Shown in pieces: positions 45,727 through 54,428 of a DNA stretch of 64,000 bases (the stretch's first letter is position 1; every line of letters begins with the position of its first letter). Position numbers and translations under genes: made by a program. Source of the DNA: Silanimonas sp. (GTDB lineage Bacteria; Pseudomonadota; Gammaproteobacteria; Xanthomonadales; Xanthomonadaceae); contig NZ_JAPZSC010000058.1 in assembly GCF_027531545.1 (NCBI RefSeq), positions 4,296 through 68,295 on the forward strand, given 5' to 3'. The notes under the pieces were generated by a model that ran no database searches, was not told the DNA's origin, and was given only the letters and a program-made list of their open reading frames with translations.

Positions 45727-45753
45727 TTGTGAGCCCTTGTGAGCGATTGTGAG
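45727..45753 (+). repeat. Three direct heptamer repeats at 10-bp period
   Basis: TTGTGAG at 45727, 45737 and 45747. Confidence 0.9.
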
Positions 45754-45962
45754 GTTTGGAGAGGCGCGTGGGCCGGTAAGGAGGGTTGGCAGGGATAAAT
45801 GCATTTTTCACCCACAATCGGCGTAAGGCTCTGATTTGGAGGGCGTTATCTGTCAGCGATGCTTGAAGACGCTCAGCGTCGGCCGAGCCGCCAGGCCCCG
45901 CATCAAGTCCGTCTTGAACCACGTTGATCGCCCGTCTACGTCACTCGCAAGATCATTGCGTC

Positions 45963-46295
45963 ATGTACCAGCGTCTCGTCATCTTCGCGTGCCTGCTCGC
46001 CCTGATTCTGAGTCAGGTCGTGGCTTCGGCCGCGCCATTGGCGGAAATGACCTTGGAGGGCCTTGCCACCCCGGAAGCCCACTGCGCCGCGATGGCGGAG
46101 AACGTCGAGCAACCAGACGGCTCTACGTCTGAGCCTTGCACCTCGGCTTGCGAGGCGGCGTGCGCCGCCCCGGTTCTCGCGACCCTCACTAAGCCCAGGC
46201 TCACGTGCGGATCTCGCGCCGCACTCGTGGCTTCCAAACCAGCGGCCCTCGGCAGCCTCGCCAGTATCGTCGAACAGCGGCCTCCGATCGCCTAA
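45963..46295 (+). CDS. Small Cys-rich exported CopL/DUF2946-like leader protein ending RPPIA
   Basis: Hydrophobic N-terminus, CTSACEAAC, C-terminal EQRPPIA; no SD before ATG 45963. Confidence 0.65.
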   Translation: MYQRLVIFACLLALILSQVVASAAPLAEMTLEGLATPEAHCAAMAENVEQPDGSTSEPCTSACEAACAAPVLATLTKPRLTCGSRAALVASKPAALGSLASIVEQRPPIA

Positions 46296-46358
46296 CTCCA
46301 TTGGCCCCGCTGCGAACGCAGCGGCCCTGCCCTCCCGGGCTTCTGATGGAGTTTCTCG

Positions 46359-47021
46359 ATGTCTTTTTCTTTGCGGATGCTGGCCGTCACGGCCAGCGCC
46401 TTCTTCTGCGCGTCTGCAGCGCAGGCTCGGCCTGTCGGATACGCCGATGGGCACATGTTGATGGTTGATGCCAACGAAGACGTTCAGCAGGTGGCGTACA
46501 CGTACAGCCCCAGCTTCCGTTGGTCCGTATCGGGTGGTCATGCCCGGATGGAAAGCCTTGAGGGCGTCTCGGGGACCACGAGTGTGACTTTCGTGCGTGC
46601 TTCGAGGCTCCTGCAACGATGGAATCTGCCCAGCGCACAAGGCAACGCCTTCGTCTGGGCCGGCGTCGGCAACGCCCGATACGCGGGCCCCGCCGCCGGC
46701 CTTGGCAATGACGTCTGGCATGCCGGTCTCCAGCTCGACTTCGAGACGCGGCGGATCTATACAGCACTCGTTTCGGAGTACTTCGCCGCCGAAGGCTGGC
46801 ACCTCCGCAGTGACGTGGCGTCGTTTGGCGTCGCGCCGTATGAGCACGACATGGACCGAATGGCCACTTGGATCGTGCTGAAGGCGAAACGCACCTCGGG
46901 CATGCGGATGGACGAGGTCAATCGCGAGCTCGCCCTGCGGTTCTTCACCTCGACGTGGTGGATCGATGCCGGTATCGACCAAGACGGGCGTCCTGCCCTG
47001 AACCTGATGTTCAACTTCTAA
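46359..47021 (+). CDS. Uncharacterised exported protein, probable small outer-membrane beta-barrel
   Basis: Signal peptide ending AQA; alternating hydrophobic strands; C-terminal ALNLMFNF with terminal Phe. Confidence 0.65.
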   Translation: MSFSLRMLAVTASAFFCASAAQARPVGYADGHMLMVDANEDVQQVAYTYSPSFRWSVSGGHARMESLEGVSGTTSVTFVRASRLLQRWNLPSAQGNAFVWAGVGNARYAGPAAGLGNDVWHAGLQLDFETRRIYTALVSEYFAAEGWHLRSDVASFGVAPYEHDMDRMATWIVLKAKRTSGMRMDEVNRELALRFFTSTWWIDAGIDQDGRPALNLMFNF

Positions 47022-47048
47022 ATCCTTCCCAATCTTCTGGAGAATCCA

Positions 47049-47372
47049 ATGAAGCGTTTCGCACTGTCCCTGATGCTCACCATCGCCGCCGGCACCGCCT
47101 CCGCCACCACGCTGAAGATGGAGGTGAATGGTCTCGTCTGCGCCTTCTGCGCCAACGGAATCACGCAGGCATTCACGAAGAAGCCTGAAGTCGCGGCCGT
47201 CCATGTCAGTCTGGAAGACCGCCTCGTCGCCATCGGACTGAAGGAGGGGCAGGATCTTTCTGATGCGGCGGTGACCGAATCGCTGAAGGAGGCCGGCTAC
47301 ACCGTGGTCTCTATCGAGCGCACAGAGCAGTCGGTCGCGGACATCAAGGCCGAGGTCGAACGTGGCGGGTGA
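47049..47372 (+). CDS. Periplasmic HMA-domain protein (MerP-like)
   Basis: Signal peptide; GLVCAFC; VSLE...AGY HMA fold. Confidence 0.85.
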   Translation: MKRFALSLMLTIAAGTASATTLKMEVNGLVCAFCANGITQAFTKKPEVAAVHVSLEDRLVAIGLKEGQDLSDAAVTESLKEAGYTVVSIERTEQSVADIKAEVERGG

Positions 47373-47751
47373 GGCGCTGAGACCCCTGCGCACCACAGCG
47401 TGGGGCGCTACGGGCGCACTGTTGACCAGCATCGGAACACTGGTGTGCTGCGTGCTGCCCGCGGTCATGGTCAGCATCGGCGCGGGCGCCGCTCTGGCTG
47501 GCCTGGTTTCGGCCGCTCCCCAGCTGATCTGGCTGTCAGAGCAGAAAGAATGGGTGTTTGGCGCCGCAACCGCAGCACTCGCAGTTTCGGGCGCGCTGCT
47601 CTGGAATGCCCGGCGCCTGCCGTGTCCCGCGGATCGAGCGAAAGCCGAGGTGTGCGCAAGCCTTCGCCGCTGGTCCCATCGGATCTATGGCGCAGCAGTG
47701 GTCCTCACGCTGATCGGCGCCGTGTTCGCCTTCGGTCTGCCCTTGCTTTGA
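47362..47751 (+). CDS. MerT-like membrane metal transporter
   Basis: Three TM segments; TLVCCVLP in TM1; cytoplasmic CPADRAKAEVC; GTG start overlaps the previous stop. Confidence 0.8.
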   Translation: MAGEALRPLRTTAWGATGALLTSIGTLVCCVLPAVMVSIGAGAALAGLVSAAPQLIWLSEQKEWVFGAATAALAVSGALLWNARRLPCPADRAKAEVCASLRRWSHRIYGAAVVLTLIGAVFAFGLPLL

Positions 47752-47757
47752 CCCTGG

Positions 47758-47785
47758 GCCCCGGGGCGTTTCGCCCCGGGGCTTT
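47758..47785. terminator. Terminator hairpin between convergent merT-like and copZ
   Basis: GCCCCGGGGCG-TTT-CGCCCCGGGGC-TTT. Confidence 0.75.
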
Positions 47786-47801
47786 GGCGCATGATCCTCG
47801 T

Positions 47802-47996
47802 TCAATCAACGGTTCGGGCCTCGTACCCGGCGGCGCGTATCGCCTCGGCCAGAACGCGCGGGTCGGTATCGTCACTGCGGACCTCGCGCGTGGCGAGGTC
47901 GATGTCGATTTGATGGCCAGGAAGCGCCTTGTCGAACGCCGTCCGCAGCGTCTTGACGCAATGGCCGCAGGTCATTTGAGGGACATGGAAGCGCAT
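47802..47996 (-). CDS. copZ: Copper chaperone CopZ
   Basis: MRFHVPQMTCGHCV...IRAAGY, 64 aa; behind a CueR-type promoter. Confidence 0.85.
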   Translation of the reverse strand: MRFHVPQMTCGHCVKTLRTAFDKALPGHQIDIDLATREVRSDDTDPRVLAEAIRAAGYEARTVD

Positions 47997-48024
47997 GGTG
48001 AGGGCCTCTGGGTGGACTGAAAGC

Positions 48025-48055
48025 AGCGTGACCCTTCCCTTGGTGGGAAGGTCAA
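48025..48055 (-). promoter_or_regulatory. CueR-type promoter/operator for copZ
   Basis: Minus strand TTGACC-19 bp-CACGCT containing the dyad ACCTTCCC-N5-GGGAAGG. Confidence 0.85.
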
Positions 48056-48079
48056 GTTCGGCGGTCTTTGGGGGGGGGC

Positions 48080-48110
48080 TTGACCTTCCCATCATGGCAA
48101 GGCGGAGCCT
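48080..48110 (+). promoter_or_regulatory. CueR-type promoter/operator for copA-cueR
   Basis: TTGACC-19 bp-GAGCCT with the dyad ACCTTCCC-ATCAT-GGCAAGG. Confidence 0.8.
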
Positions 48111-48137
48111 AGGCTCCGACCGATGCGGAGAACGCCC

Positions 48138-50342
48138 ATGCCGAACGCTTTTTCGACTCCATCATCCCTGACCCTTGAGGTCGAGGGGATGACGTGTGCG
48201 TCCTGCGTGGGTCGTGTCGAATCCGCGCTCGCCAAAGTGCCTGGCGTAACCGAAGCCAGCGTAAACCTCGCAACGGATACCGCTCGTGTCGAGGGCACGA
48301 TTTCCGACGCGGAGGCGCTCTTGCGCGCTATCGAACGCGCTGGGTACACCGGTCGCGTCCGATCCGGGGTCGCCCCTCGGCCAGTGGACACGACCTCGTC
48401 GATGCTGCGTTGGCAATTGCTTGTCGCCAGCGCACTGACCTTGCCGCTGGTCGCGCCGATGCTGCTGATGCCCTTCGGCGTCCACGCCATGCTCCCCGGC
48501 GTCTGGCAGTGGGCGCTCGCCACACCCGTGCAGTTCTGGATCGGGGCGCGCTACTACCGCGGCGCCTGGTCAGCGGTTCGCTCCGGCAGCGCCAACATGG
48601 ACGTGCTGGTCGCGCTGGGCACCACGGCAGGTTATGGCTTGAGCGTCTGGCACCTGATCGATCCAAGAGCCGGATCGGGCGCGGCGCTCTACTTCGAAGC
48701 GTCGGCGGCGATCATCACTCTCGTGCTTCTGGGTAAATGGATGGAAGCTCGCGCGAAACGCGATGCGTCGGCCGCCATCCGGGCACTTCAGGACTTGCGA
48801 CCCGCATTGGCCTGCCTTGTGCAGGATGACGGCACCGAGGTGACGTGGCCGATCGAACGAGTACGTGCGGGTGATCGACTGGTGGTTCGGCCCGGTGAAC
48901 GCATTCCGGTCGATGGCGATCTCCTCGATGGGGAAACGCACGTCGACGAATCGATGCTGACGGGCGAGCCTTTGCCCGTCGTCAAGCTCGTCGGCGATCG
49001 GGTGACCGGCGGTTCGATAAACGGTGAAGGACGGCTGACCCTGGTGGCTCGGGCATCTGCAGCCGAGGGCACGCTCGCCCGAATCGTTCGTCTCGTCGAG
49101 GACGCCCAGCTTCGTAAGCCACCGATCCAGCGTTTGGTAGACCGGATCAGCGCCATCTTCGTGCCCGCCGTGGTGCTGATGGCTGTCGGAACTCTGATGG
49201 GCTGGGGCTTGGTCACCGGCGACTGGGAGCGTGCGCTGATCACCAGCGTGGCGGTGCTGGTGATCGCCTGTCCGTGCGCGTTGGGTCTGGCAACGCCTAC
49301 GGCGATCATGGCGGGCACCGGTCTGGCCGCCCGGGCAGGCATTTTGGTGCGCGACGCGGTGGCCTTGGAAGCAGCGCGCGATGTCCGCGTCGTCGCGTTC
49401 GACAAGACCGGCACCCTGACCGAAGGCCGCCCACGCTTGGCCGGCTTCTATCCGGCGGCCGGACCTCGCAGCGAGGCGCTGGCGCTCGCCGCAGCCGTGC
49501 AGCAGGGCAGCGAGCACCCGTTGGCGAAAGCGGTGGTCACGGCGGCGAAGGCCGAGGGGCTGGCCATTGGGAGCCCCGAGCAGGTGAAAGCCATCCCCGG
49601 CCGTGGCGTTGAGGCCGTGGTTGGCGGGGCGACGTACGCCCTGGGCAGCGGTCGGTGGATGGACGAGCTCGGCGTTGATCGCCAGCCCCTCATCGATGGC
49701 GCCGACGCGGCTGCGGCTCAGGGCATGAGCGTGTCGTGGTTGGCCGACGTCAGCGAAACAGAGCGTCGCCTTGTCGCGCTGATGGTGTTCGGCGATGCCC
49801 TTCGCCCGGAAGCCGTCGAGGCGATCGCGCTGCTGAAGGCCGACGGCATCCGCCCCGTGCTCGTCACGGGGGATCACGCCTTGGCAGCGGCCCACGTGGC
49901 GCAGGCGGTCGGCATCGCTGCCGAGGACGTGCATGCCGGCGTGCTGCCGGAAGGCAAAGCGACCGTGGTCGCGGACCTCGCCCGGCATGGCTCGGTCGCC
50001 ATGGTGGGCGACGGCATCAACGACGCGCCGGCGCTGGCCGCGGCGCGGGTCGGCATGGCGATGGGATCGGGCACCGACGTCGCCATGGAGACGGCGGGGA
50101 TCACCCTGATGCGCGGCGACCCGCGCCTGGTGACCGACGCGCTGGATTTGTCGCGACGCACGGTCCGCAAGATGCGCCAGAACCTGTTCTGGGCGTTCGT
50201 CTACAACGCCGTCGGCATTCCGTTGGCCGCCGCCGGCCTGCTCAATCCAATCGTGGCCGCCGCCGCAATGGCACTGTCTAGCGTCAGCGTGGTCGGCAAT
50301 ACACTACTGCTCAAGCGCTGGACCCCGAGGAGCGAACGATGA
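48138..50342 (+). CDS. copA: Cu(I)-exporting P1B-1 ATPase
   Basis: [31 protein letters not shown] and MALSS. Confidence 0.95.
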   Translation: MPNAFSTPSSLTLEVEGMTCASCVGRVESALAKVPGVTEASVNLATDTARVEGTISDAEALLRAIERAGYTGRVRSGVAPRPVDTTSSMLRWQLLVASALTLPLVAPMLLMPFGVHAMLPGVWQWALATPVQFWIGARYYRGAWSAVRSGSANMDVLVALGTTAGYGLSVWHLIDPRAGSGAALYFEASAAIITLVLLGKWMEARAKRDASAAIRALQDLRPALACLVQDDGTEVTWPIERVRAGDRLVVRPGERIPVDGDLLDGETHVDESMLTGEPLPVVKLVGDRVTGGSINGEGRLTLVARASAAEGTLARIVRLVEDAQLRKPPIQRLVDRISAIFVPAVVLMAVGTLMGWGLVTGDWERALITSVAVLVIACPCALGLATPTAIMAGTGLAARAGILVRDAVALEAARDVRVVAFDKTGTLTEGRPRLAGFYPAAGPRSEALALAAAVQQGSEHPLAKAVVTAAKAEGLAIGSPEQVKAIPGRGVEAVVGGATYALGSGRWMDELGVDRQPLIDGADAAAAQGMSVSWLADVSETERRLVALMVFGDALRPEAVEAIALLKADGIRPVLVTGDHALAAAHVAQAVGIAAEDVHAGVLPEGKATVVADLARHGSVAMVGDGINDAPALAAARVGMAMGSGTDVAMETAGITLMRGDPRLVTDALDLSRRTVRKMRQNLFWAFVYNAVGIPLAAAGLLNPIVAAAAMALSSVSVVGNTLLLKRWTPRSER

Positions 50343-50782
50343 CGCGGCGAGCCGATCGACTCGTCCCCGTGCCGAGTGGACCCCACACCATCGGGGAGGC
50401 GGCGGCGGCGTCCGGCGTGTCGGCCAAGATGATCCGGCACTACGAGGCGATGGGGCTGATACCGGCCGCGGCGCGCACGGACAGCAACTACCGCCTCTAC
50501 GCGAACGCGGACGTGCATCGGCTCCGCTTCATCAAGCGCGCCCGGCTGCTGGGGTTCTCGATGAAGCAGATCGAGGTCCTGCTCGGGCTGTGGGCGGACC
50601 CAGGGCGCAGCAGTCGCGAGGTCAAGACCTTGGCCCTCGCGCACGCCGACGAGCTCGAGGCGCGAATCCGCGAGATGGCGGCGATGCGCGACACGCTGCT
50701 GGATTTGGCCCGGAACTGCCGCGGCGACAGCCGCCCGGACTGCCCAATCCTGGCCGACCTGGCTCAGCCGGGTGGCGCTTAA
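50339..50782 (+). CDS. cueR: Cu(I)-responsive MerR-family regulator CueR
   Basis: [18 protein letters not shown]...YRLY; C-terminal [12 protein letters not shown]; ATGA overlap with copA. Confidence 0.93.
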   Translation: MTRRADRLVPVPSGPHTIGEAAAASGVSAKMIRHYEAMGLIPAAARTDSNYRLYANADVHRLRFIKRARLLGFSMKQIEVLLGLWADPGRSSREVKTLALAHADELEARIREMAAMRDTLLDLARNCRGDSRPDCPILADLAQPGGA

Positions 50783-50807
50783 CGTATGCCGATGTAGACT
50801 TGGGCCC

Positions 50808-51224
50808 ATGTCACCCGTCCGCACCCTGCTGCACCTGCTCCTCGCTGTGATCCTCGTGATCAACGGCGTTGCTGGCGTGGCCATGGCGGCGGGCATGGCT
50901 GGCCACGGGGCACCTGCGGATGCTCCGGCGGCTCTGGCATCCGAAACCCATGGCGGCTGCCACGACAGCGTCGCCGCAGCCCCAGCAGAAGCGGCAGACC
51001 ATCACTCCAGTGCCGCCACCGACTGCTGCGAGGACGGGCGCTGCGCTTGCGCCTGCATCCACCACGGCACCGTCGTGCTGGCCTCCGTCCCGCCGGTGGT
51101 GGTGGTGGCCGTTTGGCCGCCGGTGGCGGCACTCGATGTGACCGCGGCGTCCAGCGCGCCGCGCTCCCCCGGCCTCCGACCACCGATCGCACCGATCCTC
51201 CTGAGCGGGCGCCAAGCCCGCTGA
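50808..51224 (+). CDS. copL: CopL-family metal-binding leader protein
   Basis: Signal-like N-terminus; GGCHD...DCCEDGRCACACIHH; LRPPI near the C-terminus; heads the copper operon. Confidence 0.75.
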   Translation: MSPVRTLLHLLLAVILVINGVAGVAMAAGMAGHGAPADAPAALASETHGGCHDSVAAAPAEAADHHSSAATDCCEDGRCACACIHHGTVVLASVPPVVVVAVWPPVAALDVTAASSAPRSPGLRPPIAPILLSGRQAR

Positions 51225-51291
51225 ACGCCCCTGCCTGTCGTCGGACAGGCGGATGACGCGGCTCTCTTGCCGCTGAGTTCCGGAGACCACC

Positions 51292-53079
51292 ATGAATCCT
51301 TTGTTTCGCCGCAGCGCTCTGGCTGTGGCTCTCGCCTCCCTTTTGGGGGGCTGCGCTTCCCTGTCCCCACGCCCTGATGACGCTCAGGTCAATCGCCTGC
51401 TGGAAGCGCGGGGCGCACCGGCCCTGACGAAAATGGCCGCCGACGAGCCGCTGATCGACCTTCGCGAACGCCTTGCCGCACCCATCGACCGGGATCGCGC
51501 CGTCGCCATTGCCTTGCTGCGCAGTCCGCGCATGCGCGAGGCCTATGCCCGCTTGGGTCTCGCCCGCGCCGAGGTGATCGAAGCCGTGGAAGTGGCGAAC
51601 CCCGGCGTGTCCTTTGCCCGGATGAATCTGAGCCCTAGCGCCGGGTACAACCAGACCGTGGGGGTATCGCTGCCGTTCGTCGACGTGCTGCTTCTGCCGG
51701 TTCGCACGCGCTGGGCCCGACAGCAGTACGAGCGTCACAGCATCGAAGTGGCGCAGGCTGTAATCGGCCTGACCGTTGAGGTGGAGGCGGCGTGGTATCG
51801 GGCCGTCGCGGCACAGCAGGTCGCTGACATGCGCTCCGCCGTCGCTGAGGGCGCGGACGCCACCGCCGAGCTGGCGCAGCGCTTCTATGACGCCGGCAAC
51901 ATCAGCGAGCTGCAGCTCAAGCGCGAGCAGGCGGTGGCGACCCAGTTCCGCATCGATGCCGCCCAAGCGCGTTCCGACGCGCTGCGTGAGCGCCTCGCGT
52001 TCGGCAACCTGCTGGGCTTGAGTGCCGCGGATGGCGAGTGGTCGCTGGCCGATCGTCTCCCGATGCCCGTCACCGCGGAGGACGACGCCGAGGCGCTGGT
52101 TCGACTGGCGGAATCGTCGAACCTCGAGCTGCAGGCCGCTCGACTGCAGGAAAGCCAGCTGCGGTCGGCGCTACGCACCACCCGCGCCACGCGCTGGTTC
52201 GGCGGGGTCGAGGCCGGGGCGGAGCGCGAAAAAGACGCCGACGGATCGCGGCTGACTGGCCCGACCCTGAGTCTGCAACTGCCGCTGTTCAACCAGGGCC
52301 AGGGCAAGCTCGCTCGGGCCGAGGCGCTGGTCGCGGAAGCCCGAGCCCGAGTGCAGCTCGCCGAGCTCAATGCCACGAACGCGGTGCGCACCGGATCGCG
52401 CGCGTTGGAGGAGCACCGCCAGATCGTCGCCCTGCATCGCAACGCGCTGATTCCGCAGCGCGAGCGCATCGTCGAACGCAGCCAGCAAGAGCAGAACTTC
52501 ATGCTGATCGGCGTGTTCGAGCTCGTGCAGGCGAAGGTCGATGAGTACGACGCCTACCAGAGCTACCTGGAAGCGGTACGCGACTACTGGCTGGCCCGCG
52601 TCGAGCTGATGCAGGCCGTGGGTCAACGACTGCCGAGCGACGCGGCAGCGAGCCAGCCCACGCCGAGCGTGCAGGACATCCTGACGCCGAAGGGCGGCAT
52701 GCCGGGCATGGATCACGGTGCGATGTCGGGCATGGATCACGGCGCCCACGCGCCCGCAGCGGCCACGACCTCGAAGGACGGCATGAAGGAAATGGAAGGC
52801 ATGGACCACAGCCAGCATGGCGAAACGGCGCCGCCGTCAGAAACCTCGATGGATGGCATGGACCACAGCGGTCATCCCCCTGCCGCGCCCGAGCCGGCTG
52901 CGACCCCCGGGGACGGCATGAAGGGGATGGAAGGCATGGACCACAGCGCCCACGGTGCGCCATCGGCCCCCGTGCCGCCGGAAGACAAAGCCGACGCCGC
53001 CCAACCTAAAAACGGCACGCCCGAAGACGACCACCACCAGCACGACCACCACGACGGTGGTCAGGGAGAAACGCCATGA
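51292..53079 (+). CDS. TolC-family outer membrane lipoprotein with Met/His-rich tail
   Basis: Lipobox LGGC; GPTLSLQLPLFNQGQG, YFQ-type helices; C-terminal GMDH repeats. Confidence 0.88.
   Translation: MNPLFRRSALAVALASLLGGCASLSPRPDDAQVNRLLEARGAPALTKMAADEPLIDLRERLAAPIDRDRAVAIALLRSPRMREAYARLGLARAEVIEAVEVANPGVSFARMNLSPSAGYNQTVGVSLPFVDVLLLPVRTRWARQQYERHSIEVAQAVIGLTVEVEAAWYRAVAAQQVADMRSAVAEGADATAELAQRFYDAGNISELQLKREQAVATQFRIDAAQARSDALRERLAFGNLLGLSAADGEWSLADRLPMPVTAEDDAEALVRLAESSNLELQAARLQESQLRSALRTTRATRWFGGVEAGAEREKDADGSRLTGPTLSLQLPLFNQGQGKLARAEALVAEARARVQLAELNATNAVRTGSRALEEHRQIVALHRNALIPQRERIVERSQQEQNFMLIGVFELVQAKVDEYDAYQSYLEAVRDYWLARVELMQAVGQRLPSDAAASQPTPSVQDILTPKGGMPGMDHGAMSGMDHGAHAPAAATTSKDGMKEMEGMDHSQHGETAPPSETSMDGMDHSGHPPAAPEPAATPGDGMKGMEGMDHSAHGAPSAPVPPEDKADAAQPKNGTPEDDHHQHDHHDGGQGETP
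52705..52955 (+). repeat. Five MDH-encoding repeats in the TolC tail
   Basis: GGCATGGATCACGG at 52705 and 52729; GACGGCATGAAGG...GAAGGCATGGACCACAGC at 52777 and 52912; GATGGCATGGACCACAGC at 52852. Confidence 0.85.
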
Positions 53080-54413
53080 GCACCATGTCCCGACGCGATC
53101 TGCTGCGCACCGCCGGTGTCGGCCTGGCCGGCGCGGCCGCCACCGGCCTTGTCGTTGCGCAGGACCATGCTGGCCACGCCGAACACGGGGCAACGCCTGC
53201 CGCTCCGATCGCGCCCGAGCGCCGCGGCGCCGGGCGCTCCGGCAAGGTCCGCACCTTGAACGGCTGGACGCTGCCTTACCGCATGAATGGCGGAGTCAAG
53301 GAGTTCCACCTCGTCGCGGAAGAGTTCGAACACGAGTTCGCGCCGGGCTCGAAGGCGATCTGCTGGGGCTACAACGGCAGCACGCCGGGCCCGACCATCG
53401 AAGCCGTCGAAGGCGATCGCGTGCGAATTTTCGTGACGAATCGACTGAAGGAGGCCACCACCATCCATTGGCATGGCCTGATCCTGCCGTCGGGCATGGA
53501 CGGCGTAGGCGGTCTTTCCCAGCCGCAGATCGGTCCGGGCGAGACCTACGTCTACGAGTTCACCCTGCAGCAGCACGGCACGCACATGTACCACCCGCAT
53601 GCCGATGAAATGGTGCAACTGGCCATGGGCATGATGGGGCTCTTCATCATCCATCCGAAGGGCGAGGACCCGGCGCCGGTCGACCGCGACTATGCCTTCC
53701 TGATCCACAACTTCGCACTGCATCCCGGCACGCGACGCCCGGACCCCGCGATCATGCAGGACTTCGACCTGTGGACCTTCAACTCGAAGGTGTTCCCGGC
53801 GATCGATTCGATCGTGGCGCGTACCGGCGAGCGCGTGCGGATTCGCATGGGCAATCTGAGCATGTGGAATCACCCGATCCACCTGCACGGCGTGCAGTTC
53901 CACGTCACGGGTGGCGATGGCGGGCGGTGGCCGCGTAACCAGTGGCGCTCGGAGGTGACTGAGATCATCGGCGTCGGCCAGATGCGCGACATCGAATTCA
54001 CTGCCGTACCGGGTGACTGGGCGTTCCACTGCCACATGTCGCATCACACGATGGGGCCGATGGGCCACGACATTCCGAACACGCTGGGCGTCAATCAGCG
54101 CGGGGTCGAAGAGCGCATCCGCAAGATGCTTCCTGGCTACATGGCCATGGGCGAGTTCGGCATGGCCGAGCACCAGAAGCACACCGACAGCGGCCACATG
54201 CAGGGACCGCCGAACACGCTGGCGATGATGGCCGGCAACGGTCCGTTCGGACCGCTGGAGATGGGCGGGATGTTCACTGTGGTGAAGGTTCGCGACGACC
54301 TGCGTCCGGGCGATTACAGCGACCCGGGCTGGTACCGGAACCCCGCCGGCACGGTGGCGCGAAAAGTCAGCGCTGACCCCAGCTTCGGCAACCCGCCGCG
54401 TCGTCCCCGCTAA
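53076..54413 (+). CDS. Tat-exported two-domain multicopper oxidase
   Basis: SRRDLL Tat motif; HWH, HPH, HPIHLH, HCHMSHHTMGPM. Confidence 0.92.
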   Translation: MSTMSRRDLLRTAGVGLAGAAATGLVVAQDHAGHAEHGATPAAPIAPERRGAGRSGKVRTLNGWTLPYRMNGGVKEFHLVAEEFEHEFAPGSKAICWGYNGSTPGPTIEAVEGDRVRIFVTNRLKEATTIHWHGLILPSGMDGVGGLSQPQIGPGETYVYEFTLQQHGTHMYHPHADEMVQLAMGMMGLFIIHPKGEDPAPVDRDYAFLIHNFALHPGTRRPDPAIMQDFDLWTFNSKVFPAIDSIVARTGERVRIRMGNLSMWNHPIHLHGVQFHVTGGDGGRWPRNQWRSEVTEIIGVGQMRDIEFTAVPGDWAFHCHMSHHTMGPMGHDIPNTLGVNQRGVEERIRKMLPGYMAMGEFGMAEHQKHTDSGHMQGPPNTLAMMAGNGPFGPLEMGGMFTVVKVRDDLRPGDYSDPGWYRNPAGTVARKVSADPSFGNPPRRPR

Positions 54414-54428
54414 GCCTTGGAGTCGAAC

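Noticed and set aside
45727-45753. TTGTGAG repeats as CRISPR or plasmid iterons
   Set aside because: Units are too short with 3-nt spacers, and there is no cas or rep gene; the att-arm interpretation fits better
45611-45962. Integrase or remnant next to the tRNA
   Set aside because: No tyrosine or serine recombinase motifs in any frame
45936-47477. 513-aa minus-strand ORF across the first island operon
   Set aside because: Antisense to four coherent plus-strand genes; no recognisable domain
47049-47751. Labelling these genes merP/merT of a second mer operon
   Set aside because: No merR, mer operator or merA; motifs differ (GLVCAFC, LVCCVLP) from the true merP/merT in this window
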